From Bacillales bacterium (lineage in GTDB: Bacteria; Bacillota_I; Bacilli_A; RFN20; CAG-826), in assembly GCA_028723545.1 (NCBI GenBank), contig JAQYER010000119.1, forward strand, positions 1-33,719: 33,719 bases of DNA, in the 5' to 3' direction. The notes below the pieces were generated by a model. It had not been told where the DNA came from and searched no databases. It saw only the letters and a program-made list of their open reading frames with translations. The translations under genes and the position numbers were made by a program. Shown here piece by piece: positions 1 through 7,852 of the stretch; the stretch's first letter is position 1, and each line of letters starts with the position of its first letter.

Positions 1-136
1 CAGACGAATTAGTATTAGTAATAGAAGAATTATCAATTGAAGAAGATGGTTCCCCACTACTTGTAGACGAAGCACACCCAGACATCAATAAACTTGATAA
101 TAATGTAATAAATAATAATTTTTGATTAGATTTCAT
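1..136 (-). CDS. Lipoprotein, N-terminal fragment; the gene runs off the window start
   Basis: The reverse complement reads GAGG-N6-ATG, then MKSNQKLLFITLLSSLLMSGCASSTSSGEPSSS. This is a signal peptide with lipobox LMSG|C followed by a Ser/Thr/Asn-rich linker. It is absent from the ORF track because the window edge truncates it. Confidence 0.6.
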   Translation of the reverse strand, partial: MKSNQKLLFITLLSSLLMSGCASSTSSGEPSSSIDNSSITNTNSS

Positions 137-261
137 AAAAAACCTCTAATTTTTTAACAATAATGTATTATACATTCATCGATTGAAATTAGTTAGAAAA
201 AAATTATTTATTATTTATATTTTTTCATCATCAAAATCACACTTAAAAAATGCGAATCAAA

Positions 262-293
262 GAAAAAACCTCCGTTTATCGGAAGAGCGGAGG
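262..293 (-). terminator. Rho-independent terminator of the 318..743 gene
   Basis: CCTCCG (269-274) pairs with CGGAGG (288-293). On the minus strand the hairpin is followed by TTTTTTC. Confidence 0.6.
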
Positions 294-317
294 TACATAT
301 AATAATTCTTATTTTAT

Positions 318-743
318 TTATTCAATGACTTTCTTATATGAATTTTTTAATATAAGCGCGCCTAGCATATAAACAATTGAGAATACTGATCCAACCAGAT
401 AACTCCAAATGGATGAGAATATTTCTTGAACATCATACGCTAAATCGACATAATGGATGACTTGGAAAACGATATCAATAATCATTAAAACTAAAAATAT
501 TGAAGCATAGCCCACTACACGGTTAACTCTTCTATTTGTGGCAATAAATAAACAAGATATACCAGCAAGTCCAGCAAATAAGGCAAAGAGATTCGCTAAA
601 ACATCAAATATCCATAAAGGAATATTTTCTCCAATAAGCCCAGTTTCGATTAATAATTGAATAGTTGGAATCAATGAGGCAATTCCAGTGACAAGCAAGG
701 CAATGCCTGATATTAATAACATTATTTTTCCAATGAATTTCAT
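318..743 (-). CDS. Small integral membrane protein (about 4 TM helices), function unknown
   Basis: The ORF is hydrophobic throughout. GGAGA lies 8 nt upstream of the internal ATG at 743 (MKFIGKIML...), so that start is preferred over 761. Confidence 0.6.
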   Translation of the reverse strand: MKFIGKIMLLISGIALLVTGIASLIPTIQLLIETGLIGENIPLWIFDVLANLFALFAGLAGISCLFIATNRRVNRVVGYASIFLVLMIIDIVFQVIHYVDLAYDVQEIFSSIWSYLVGSVFSIVYMLGALILKNSYKKVIE

Positions 744-824
744 AATTGTTTCTCCAAGCATTATTTTTGCACAAAACTATTAAATATCAATATTTTATTG
801 ATGATAAAGTGCTATAATAAAGCC

Positions 825-1184
825 ATGGAAACTTATGAATCAAGAGAAGATTATTTAGAAGCGATTCTAATTATCAGCAAAAGACAAGGATATTGCCGTA
901 GTATTGATGTGTCGATTGAATTAAGTTATTCAAAACCTTCAGTGTCAATCGCAATGAAAAAATTAAAAGACCATGGTTATATTTTAATCGATGAAAAAAA
1001 TCATATTATATTAACTGATATCGGCGAAGAAATCGCTAAAAGGATATATGATCGCCACCTAACATTAACCAAATATTTAATGTCAATTGGAGTCAGTGAA
1101 GAAACCGCTAAGACGGATGCTTGTAAAATTGAGCATGATCTTTCTGAAGAATCTTATAATGTAATTAAAAAATTAATTAAATAA
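825..1184 (+). CDS. DtxR/MntR-family metal-dependent transcriptional repressor (short form)
   Basis: METYESREDYLEAILIIS...SKPSVSIAMKKLKDHGYI matches the DtxR-family N-terminal wHTH (EDYLE motif). The ORF-track start at 798 (TTG) lies inside the TGcTATAAT promoter element, so the ATG at 825 is preferred. Confidence 0.8.
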   Translation: METYESREDYLEAILIISKRQGYCRSIDVSIELSYSKPSVSIAMKKLKDHGYILIDEKNHIILTDIGEEIAKRIYDRHLTLTKYLMSIGVSEETAKTDACKIEHDLSEESYNVIKKLIK

Positions 1185-1186
1185 TT

Positions 1187-1576
1187 ATGTCAAAAATAAT
1201 ATTAACCACTATGGTAAAAATCATCAAAGACAATGGTGATTTTTTAGTGCAAATTCGCACGAAAAAAGATTGGCCAGGATTAACTTTTCCAGGTGGTCAT
1301 GTCGAAGAAAATGAAGACATTGAACAATGTGCGATAAGAGAAATTAAAGAAGAAACTGGATTAACTATATCTAATTTAATTAATTGTGGATATATTGAAT
1401 GGAATATTATTAATGAGCAAGTTCGCCACTTATCAATTATTTTTAAAACTTATGATTTTGAAGGAGAAATAAAAGATTCTAGTGAAGGACATTTATTATG
1501 GGTTAATGATGAAAATGTTCACTCATATCCTTTCTCCAATGATTTTGATAAGATCTTATTAATTGCAAACAAATGA
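1187..1576 (+). CDS. NUDIX hydrolase
   Basis: Nudix box GGHVEENEDIEQCAIREIKEETGL. The gene starts 2 nt after the repressor stop. Confidence 0.8.
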   Translation: MSKIILTTMVKIIKDNGDFLVQIRTKKDWPGLTFPGGHVEENEDIEQCAIREIKEETGLTISNLINCGYIEWNIINEQVRHLSIIFKTYDFEGEIKDSSEGHLLWVNDENVHSYPFSNDFDKILLIANK

Positions 1577-1598
1577 TTATTGATTTATAAACAAAAAA

Positions 1599-1630
1599 AT
1601 ACCTAATAAATATTTTAATTAGGTATTTTT
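1599..1630. terminator. Bidirectional rho-independent terminator
   Basis: ATACCTAAT (1599-1607) pairs with ATTAGGTAT (1618-1626), a perfect 9-bp stem. An A-run lies 5' and a T-run 3'. It sits between the convergent NUDIX and yoeB genes. Confidence 0.6.
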
Positions 1631-1731
1631 GAATTTCATCGAAAATGATTGAGAATTATCTTGGATAAAACGATTAATCAAATTCCAATGACAAAACCAT
1701 GAACAATGAATCCAGACTATCAAGGATGTTA

Positions 1732-2001
1732 TTATTTGTCTGAATAATGATATCTACAAGAAATAATACAAATAGTGTTATTTTCAACTTTATAGACTAA
1801 TCTATCTTTATCGTTGATTCTCCTACTATAAAATCCTTTTAAATCACCAGTCAGTGGTTCTGGTTTCCCTACTCCATCGCCAGCACCATTTCTAGATATG
1901 TCCTTAAGTAATTCATTTATTTTTTTACGAGTTTTTTTGTCGTTTTCCTGCCAAAAGTTATAATCTTCCCAAGCATTAGGAGTAAATAAATAATTCATCA
2001 T
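1732..2001 (-). CDS. yoeB: YoeB/Txe-family type II toxin (ribosome-dependent mRNA interferase)
   Basis: FTPNAWEDYNFWQENDKKTRKKINELLKDISRN...GKPEPLTGDLKGFYSRRINDKDRLVY...CRYHY is near-collinear with E. coli YoeB. Confidence 0.9.
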   Translation of the reverse strand: MMNYLFTPNAWEDYNFWQENDKKTRKKINELLKDISRNGAGDGVGKPEPLTGDLKGFYSRRINDKDRLVYKVENNTICIISCRYHYSDK

Positions 2002-2256
2002 TTAATCCTCTTCAATTAATTGATGCAATTCTGCTTTGCTAGATTCTAATTGCTTTTTTGATTCCATTAACCAATCATAATTTGCCTTTTCTTTCAATAA
2101 ATACGCATTTTCAAGAAGATTGTTATATGCTTCTTCAGAAATAATAACGACATTTTTATCTTTTCTTGTAACAATGATCGTTTCAAAATCATATGTAGCT
2201 TTATCCATATATGTTTTCATGTTATCTCTTACTTGACTATAATTAACCGCAATCAT
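2002..2256 (-). CDS. yefM: YefM/Phd-family antitoxin
   Basis: MIAVNYSQVRDNMKTYMDKA...IVTRKDKNVVIISEEAYNNLLENAYLL is YefM-like. AGGAGG lies 6 nt upstream of the ATG at 2256. The stop abuts the yoeB start. Confidence 0.9.
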   Translation of the reverse strand: MIAVNYSQVRDNMKTYMDKATYDFETIIVTRKDKNVVIISEEAYNNLLENAYLLKEKANYDWLMESKKQLESSKAELHQLIEED

Positions 2257-2281
2257 ATGTGATCCTCCTATGTCTATATAA

Positions 2282-2310
2282 ATTATATTGTACAATTTCT
2301 TGTACGTCAA
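2282..2310 (-). promoter_or_regulatory. yefM-yoeB sigma-A promoter with overlapping TGTACA operator
   Basis: The minus strand reads TTGACG-17 nt-TATAAT. The spacer holds TGTACA (2289-2294) and TGTACG (2301-2306), 12 bp centre to centre, forming GTACAA-N4-TTGTAC. Confidence 0.6.
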
Positions 2311-2345
2311 GAATTGCTATATAATTTTTTTACTTGGCATATTTA

Positions 2346-2391
2346 TTGCAATTACGCAACCAAAAATACTTCGCAATTTTGCAATTACGCA
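2346..2391. repeat. Two copies of TTGCAATTACGCA, 33 nt apart, plus a partial copy
   Basis: Copies at 2346-2358 and 2379-2391 are identical. TCGCAATT at 2371-2378 is a partial copy. The region is non-coding, between the TA promoter and the plsC 3' end. Confidence 0.7.
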
Positions 2392-2452
2392 CATATAAAT
2401 AGGTTATTGGAGAAGAAAATATATCAAAAAAGTATTTTTTTAATATTGATAT

Positions 2453-3286
2453 TTATTTATTATTATCACTTAAATAATCGACATAATAATTTCTAACAAG
2501 AGATGATATTTCACCAGTTGTTAATTCTTTGAAATTATCATATGACAATACATCGAGAACATCCATGTGGACATGAGTTCTTTTAAATGGGAAATTTTTA
2601 GCAATTTGATATGTGTTTTTAAAGCCAATAATAACGATTGGAACTTCCGCTCGTTTAGCGACATTAAACACTCCTGCACGGAATGGAAGAAGCTCATGAG
2701 TTTTGCTTCTTGTCCCTTCTGGAGAAATACAAATTGAAACATTATAATTTTTAATAAAATCAATCGCTTTTAAAATCGCTTTCATTCCTTCTTTGTCATC
2801 TTCTCTATTTACTGGAATATATCCAGCTTTATAAATAAATGGTCCACAAATAGGAATTCTTAAATTCTCCGGTTTAGTCACACATATAATGTTTTTACGA
2901 TGTAATTTATCCATAATAAACATTGGATCAAATTTCGAAGTATGGTTATAAACAATTAAACATGGTCCATTAGGAATTTGACTTAATCCAGTTTTATGAA
3001 GGCGAACATTAGCAACTAAATTAATTTGAAAGACAACTTCATATACTAAAAAATTAGCGAATTTATTTGGTTTATCAACTGGTTTATTGCGGTTAATAAA
3101 AGCTGAGAAAAATAATAAGATTAATAAAGAAATCGCCATCCAAATATAATAAAACACTGGAATTGAAACAATGCTTATAACAAAGGAATACCAAGTTGTG
3201 CCAAGTCCATCAACAAAAAAGCCAAAATAATAAATTAATCCGGATGAAACCAAAGCTAAAATTGCTAAAATAATTGTTAACAACAT
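2453..3286 (-). CDS. plsC: 1-acyl-sn-glycerol-3-phosphate acyltransferase
   Basis: HX4D motif (NHTSKFDP), a PEGTRS motif and two N-terminal TM helices. Confidence 0.85.
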   Translation of the reverse strand: MLLTIILAILALVSSGLIYYFGFFVDGLGTTWYSFVISIVSIPVFYYIWMAISLLILLFFSAFINRNKPVDKPNKFANFLVYEVVFQINLVANVRLHKTGLSQIPNGPCLIVYNHTSKFDPMFIMDKLHRKNIICVTKPENLRIPICGPFIYKAGYIPVNREDDKEGMKAILKAIDFIKNYNVSICISPEGTRSKTHELLPFRAGVFNVAKRAEVPIVIIGFKNTYQIAKNFPFKRTHVHMDVLDVLSYDNFKELTTGEISSLVRNYYVDYLSDNNK

Positions 3287-3288
3287 AA

Positions 3289-4719
3289 TTAATACGCTCT
3301 CGCAAATAAGACAACCTTGTCAGCTTTTTTACCACAGCAAGGACATGTATCTCCAAATGGCTTTTGATTAAATGGCATACATCTAGATGTTGCTTGGTAA
3401 AGTTGTTTAATTTTATTTTCGCATTCTTCATTACCACACCACATCATTTCAGCGTAGCCACCTTTATTATCTAATGCGTCTTGTAATTGTTCTAATGAAT
3501 TAACTCTTGTCATGTGATGGTCTAAATATTGTTTTGCTTTGTTATACATCTCGGTGTGAATTGTTTTTAATAATTCATCAATTTTTGATAATAATTCATC
3601 ATCTTTAACAATGATTTTTTCACCAGTATTACGTTTAGCTAAAACAAAGACACCATTTTGAATATCGCGTGGTCCAACTTCAAGGCGAAGTGGCACTCCT
3701 TTCATTTCCCATTCAGAATATTTCCATCCAGGAGTGTTATTAGAATCATCTAATTTTACTCTAATACCCGCTTTCTTTAATGTTTGATAATATTCATTAG
3801 CTTTGTTCATTACTTCTTCTTTCTTTTGTTGAATTGGAATAATGACTACTTGGATTGGGGCGACATTTGGTGGAAGAACTAAACCATTATCGTCTCCGTG
3901 AACCATAATGATTGCACCTAATAAACGAGTTGAAACACCCCAAGAAGTTTCGTGAGGAGTATGAATTTTATTATCTTTTCCTAAATATTGAATATTGAAT
4001 GCTTTAGCAAATCCAGTGCCAAAATAATGGGTTGTACCACTTTGAAGGCCTTTTCCATCTGGCATTAATGCTTCAATTGAATATGTTTCTTCTGCTCCAG
4101 CAAATTTTTCTTTATCTGTTTTCTTTCCTTTAACAAAAGGAATTGCTAATAAATCACGACCACAATCATCATAAGTATTGAGCATTGTAATCGCATCATT
4201 TCTAGCTTCATCTTCGGTTTCATACATAGTATGACCTTCTTGCCACAAAAATTCACTGCCTCTTAAAAATGGACGTGTTGTTTTTTCCCAACGAACGACT
4301 GAACACCATTGGTTATATTGAAGTGGTAAATCACGATATGAAGAAATAATTTTTGCAAAATGATCACAAAATACAGTTTCAGAAGTTGGACGAATAATTA
4401 ATTTTTCTTCCAATTGATTTTTACCACCTTGAGTGGCAACTAAACATTCAGGAGCAAATCCTTCAATGTGATCTTTTTCTTTTTGAAGAAGTGATTCAGG
4501 GATGACTAAAGGCATATAAACATTTTGAACGCCTAATTCTTTAAATCTAGCATCAAGATCTTTTTGAATTAATTCCCACATTGCATAACCATATGGTCGA
4601 TAAATAATAAAACCCTTTGTGGAAGAATAATCCATTAATTCCGCTTTTTTGCATACATCAGTATACCATTGAGCGAAATCGTCTTCTTGTCTTGTAATTG
4701 ATTCGTTTTTGTTTTCCAT
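3289..4719 (-). CDS. proS: Proline--tRNA ligase, archaeal/eukaryotic-type (no INS editing domain, Zn-binding C-terminus)
   Basis: 476 aa with class II motifs and a ...CPCCGKKADKVVLFARAY C-terminus typical of the short ProRS form. The AGGAGA RBS overlaps the stop of the upstream gene. Confidence 0.95.
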   Translation of the reverse strand: MENKNESITRQEDDFAQWYTDVCKKAELMDYSSTKGFIIYRPYGYAMWELIQKDLDARFKELGVQNVYMPLVIPESLLQKEKDHIEGFAPECLVATQGGKNQLEEKLIIRPTSETVFCDHFAKIISSYRDLPLQYNQWCSVVRWEKTTRPFLRGSEFLWQEGHTMYETEDEARNDAITMLNTYDDCGRDLLAIPFVKGKKTDKEKFAGAEETYSIEALMPDGKGLQSGTTHYFGTGFAKAFNIQYLGKDNKIHTPHETSWGVSTRLLGAIIMVHGDDNGLVLPPNVAPIQVVIIPIQQKKEEVMNKANEYYQTLKKAGIRVKLDDSNNTPGWKYSEWEMKGVPLRLEVGPRDIQNGVFVLAKRNTGEKIIVKDDELLSKIDELLKTIHTEMYNKAKQYLDHHMTRVNSLEQLQDALDNKGGYAEMMWCGNEECENKIKQLYQATSRCMPFNQKPFGDTCPCCGKKADKVVLFARAY

Positions 4720-4733
4720 ATTTTTTATATCTC

Positions 4734-6452
4734 CTAGATATTATTAATTGAATTAATTTTCTTAATTGATTTTGGTGAAAGTGGTAATACCATTTCATCA
4801 CTTGGAGCGATGACATCTCCAGAAATATATTCGATTCCTAATTTCATCATCAATTCAGTCGCTGACCAGTTTGCGATATTAATTGTAATAATTTTTCTTT
4901 TAAATGGAAGTAATCTTTCAATTAATCCATGTAAAGAAGTAATATTTCTCGCAGTTGCGACTTGTTTGACACTAATATCGGAAACATCGATGAAGAAATA
5001 ATCACTCATTGCATATATTTCATGGGGGAGCGCTAATTGGGTGTCTTGAAGGAATATAGCGACTTCATAACCACGTGATTTAAATAGTCTTAATTGATTA
5101 GCAATTGAATCTTCAGCATTACCAAAAGAAGCATTTTCAAAATCAATTTCATCAAATGTTAATACAATGTTAATGTCTTTGACATCACTAATATGTGACA
5201 ATGTTCTAAATAAATAAGGTATTTCTTGGTATGAAACTGGGAAAAAGACTGTTGAAGATAAATCATTTTTTTCCGAAATGAATCTTGAAATAGCGTTTCT
5301 TGCTACTGTGGAAAATAATTCTTTATCATCTCCTGTTTTAGCAGCGTATTTTTTTAGTTCAAAAATATTATCGAATATTGTTTCAATTGGTTTAGTAATT
5401 GATTCATATCCTAATATCTTATTATTTGTTACATCGTAAATTGGTCTAAATAAATATTTAAGGCGTTTTTCTTTTATAATTCTTTCGACTTCAGTTCTTG
5501 ATTGTAAGTCACCTAATTCATCTAATTTCATTCCTTGTTGATACCAAGTTATTTCGACATTATCTTCTTTAGCGATATCGGCGACTGACACAATATTTGA
5601 AATCAATTCTTTTGCGTTTCCAATAAATAAATTATTTTCAGCTGCACCAAAAGAAAAAGAAATTAAATCAGATAATGAATGAAGAGTAAGGATTTTTAAA
5701 ATATCGTTACTAATTGTTTTAATAAATTGCATAGCTTTTGATTTGGTGTAAATCGAAAGATGAGAAATTAATATTTGATGATTTGAATATTCATTAAATA
5801 ATATTTCTTTTGAGCAATAATTTAATAAAACATCTTTAATTTTGGTAAATGCTAAATGGGATATTTCTTTATCAATGTATCCAGGGTTGGAATAATAGAA
5901 AATTAAACAAAAAGTCATTCCTTTTTGTTGCTTAGAATTTTCAATCGCTTTAATAAAATCTTCACGATTTAAGAAACGAACATTTTCTTTTCCTAAAGAA
6001 GAATGTCTAGTCATATATTTTAATAAATAAGAATTAATGTGAATAATTTGATTGTGATAATCAATTTTTTCCACTAAAAGCATTGAAAAATATGATTTCT
6101 TATTTTTGTTAACTAAAACATTAATATCTAAATATTTAGGCGCGTCTTTTGATGGATCGAGAAGATCGCCAATCCATAATATTAATCTTTGACGTTCTTC
6201 ACTAGGGAATTCATTATAAAATTGAGTAATTGTAGATTGTTTTTTTCTTGATAAATTTGAGCGATTAAATGAAATGCATTCACCGGATTTAATTTTTAAA
6301 ACAAACACTCTCAATGAGTTTTTTGTTTCAGCATATTCTAATTTAGTTTTACGAATATTTTTTCGATAAATGACAATTGAAAAAAGAATCGCTAATAAGC
6401 ATATGACGATTAATGTTATGGAAATAATGATTGTAATTTTTTCAATGGTCAT
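4734..6452 (-). CDS. Membrane-anchored protein with degenerate GGDEF-like and EAL-like domains
   Basis: N-terminal TM helix. The C-terminal half aligns by eye to EAL (LFRPIYDVTNNKILGYESITK for the YQPI...G.EAL.R motif, LTFDEID for the EitE motif, FFIDVS for the KiD motif, ISGDVIAP for the QGY.F..P motif). DDFG and EGVE are lost. The central region resembles GGDEF, but the GGDEF position reads YSNHQ. The ATG at 6452 is preferred because the TTG at 6476 lies upstream of a TATAAT at 6466-6471. Confidence 0.5.
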   Translation of the reverse strand: MTIEKITIIISITLIVICLLAILFSIVIYRKNIRKTKLEYAETKNSLRVFVLKIKSGECISFNRSNLSRKKQSTITQFYNEFPSEERQRLILWIGDLLDPSKDAPKYLDINVLVNKNKKSYFSMLLVEKIDYHNQIIHINSYLLKYMTRHSSLGKENVRFLNREDFIKAIENSKQQKGMTFCLIFYYSNPGYIDKEISHLAFTKIKDVLLNYCSKEILFNEYSNHQILISHLSIYTKSKAMQFIKTISNDILKILTLHSLSDLISFSFGAAENNLFIGNAKELISNIVSVADIAKEDNVEITWYQQGMKLDELGDLQSRTEVERIIKEKRLKYLFRPIYDVTNNKILGYESITKPIETIFDNIFELKKYAAKTGDDKELFSTVARNAISRFISEKNDLSSTVFFPVSYQEIPYLFRTLSHISDVKDINIVLTFDEIDFENASFGNAEDSIANQLRLFKSRGYEVAIFLQDTQLALPHEIYAMSDYFFIDVSDISVKQVATARNITSLHGLIERLLPFKRKIITINIANWSATELMMKLGIEYISGDVIAPSDEMVLPLSPKSIKKINSINNI

Positions 6453-6620
6453 AAATACGTTTAATATTATACTCAATAAAATGAGTATTACAAAATAAAG
6501 ATGATTTTAAAAAGATTTTTCAATTAAATATTTAATTGATTTTTTAAATTATTTCATCTTATTTATTCGTATTTTTTAAGCGAAAAAAATTAATGAAAAA
6601 AATAGAATTAATTATTTATT

Positions 6621-6644
6621 ATTAAAAAACACCCTTATGGGTGT
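6621..6644 (-). terminator. Rho-independent terminator of the yitT-like gene
   Basis: ACACCC-TTAT-GGGTGT (6629-6644) abuts the stop codon. On the minus strand it is followed by TTTTTTAAT. Confidence 0.55.
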
Positions 6645-7663
6645 TATTTAACTGGCTTAATAAAGAATCGACCATATACTTGCTGAAGCGATGTTACTCC
6701 AACGAAGCTATCTTTATCTAATTCTTTAATCAATTTAATGACATTTTTTAATTCGAGAGATTGAATAACCATATAGATGACAATGCGCTCTTCTCCAGAG
6801 AACGCTCCCTTGCCCTTAACGACGGTTGCCCCATGAGGAACTTGAGCCAATAAATAATTAGGTAAGTCCGGATTTTTGGTAATGATTTGCAATTGAATTT
6901 TCTTATTTCTAACATTGATAAAATCGATTATTAACATCGCGACTAACATATACATTACTGAATATAATAAACATGTTGCAGAAACTTCCCAAGAATCTCC
7001 TCTATTATCAATTAATACTAAAATTGTATATAATGCGATAATACCACTATTAATATATGTTGAATATTTTCCAACAGATGTTGATTTCTTTAATGCTAAA
7101 TAATAAGAAACAACATCAATTCCACCTGTTGAAGTTTCAACTTTAAATGCAATCGCGCTACTAAGACCAGTAAATACGCCACCAAATAAAGCACGGGAAA
7201 TATAGCCACCACCGTGAAGAGAAATATACATTGCTAATTTTGATAATTCATTAATAAAAAATGGAACGTTTCTAAATACGTATGTCGCACCTGAAACTAA
7301 AATAACATTTAAAACAGTAAATAATGAAAATCTTAATCCGATTCCTTTAAATGCAATAATTAATATTGGAAGATTTATCAAAGCGAAAGCAACTGAATAA
7401 ATAAAATGATATTCTTTTGTTGAAGGAGCAATAATGTTAATTAATAATTCCACTATTTGAGCGGCACCAGAAGCTCCACCAGTAACAAATGAACCTAATT
7501 CTGGGTTAGATGGAGAACAAAAAACGCAAATACCAAAGGCAAACAAAACTGCAGAAATAATTGTTGCAAATAATGTTGCCATATATTCAAGAGTCATTTT
7601 TAACCAAATGTGGTTATATAAGAATGACGATATTTTACTTTGTAATGTTCTTTTTTTAGCCAT
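6644..7663 (-). CDS. YitT-family membrane protein (C-terminal DUF2179 domain)
   Basis: Polytopic N-terminal part plus a soluble C-terminus, HGATVVKGKGAFSGEERIVIYMVIQSLELKNVIKLIKELDKDSFV, typical of YitT/DUF2179. Confidence 0.8.
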   Translation of the reverse strand: MAKKRTLQSKISSFLYNHIWLKMTLEYMATLFATIISAVLFAFGICVFCSPSNPELGSFVTGGASGAAQIVELLINIIAPSTKEYHFIYSVAFALINLPILIIAFKGIGLRFSLFTVLNVILVSGATYVFRNVPFFINELSKLAMYISLHGGGYISRALFGGVFTGLSSAIAFKVETSTGGIDVVSYYLALKKSTSVGKYSTYINSGIIALYTILVLIDNRGDSWEVSATCLLYSVMYMLVAMLIIDFINVRNKKIQLQIITKNPDLPNYLLAQVPHGATVVKGKGAFSGEERIVIYMVIQSLELKNVIKLIKELDKDSFVGVTSLQQVYGRFFIKPVK

Positions 7664-7789
7664 AATTTGTTATCAAACGCAAATATTCTACCAAAAAATA
7701 TTTATTTTTAAACAATATTTGTTAAAATGATAGCAATTAATTTGTTATCTAACTTTTGTTAGATGGAATTAATTAATTATTTTTGTTTG

Positions 7790-7818
7790 TTGATTTCTAT
7801 ATTTATATAGGTTAAAAT
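7790..7818 (+). promoter_or_regulatory. Sigma-A-type promoter for the 7853 gene
   Basis: TTGATT-17 nt-TAAAAT. AAGGAGG lies 10 nt upstream of the ATG at 7853. Confidence 0.45.
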
Positions 7819-7852
7819 TACAATCGTCGCTTTTTAAGGAGGCAGAAAATAT

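Noticed and set aside
2314-2496. 60-aa ORF in the gap between the TA promoter and plsC
   Set aside because: It has a TTG start, no RBS and low-complexity Tyr/Asn/Ile-rich content, and it overlaps the plsC 3' end. It looks like chance in AT-rich DNA. The repeats within the region are reported separately.
2521-2763. Shadow or antisense ORFs nested in longer genes: 2521-2763, 3210-3437, 4810-5001, 6915-7103, 8022-8285, 9079-9432, 9673-9864, 11433-11630, 11951-12181, 13113-13340, 15992-16192, 22159-22347, 23463-23708, 23958-24203, 24646-24831, 25386-25670, 26815-27033, 27196-27501 and 28545-28763
   Set aside because: Each sits entirely or largely inside, or antisense to, a gene with clear family motifs. 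None has an RBS and the compositions are odd. I treat them as non-coding.
4720-4733. T-box leader upstream of proS
   Set aside because: Only 14 nt separate proS from the upstream gene, so proS is translationally and transcriptionally coupled. There is no room for a leader RNA.
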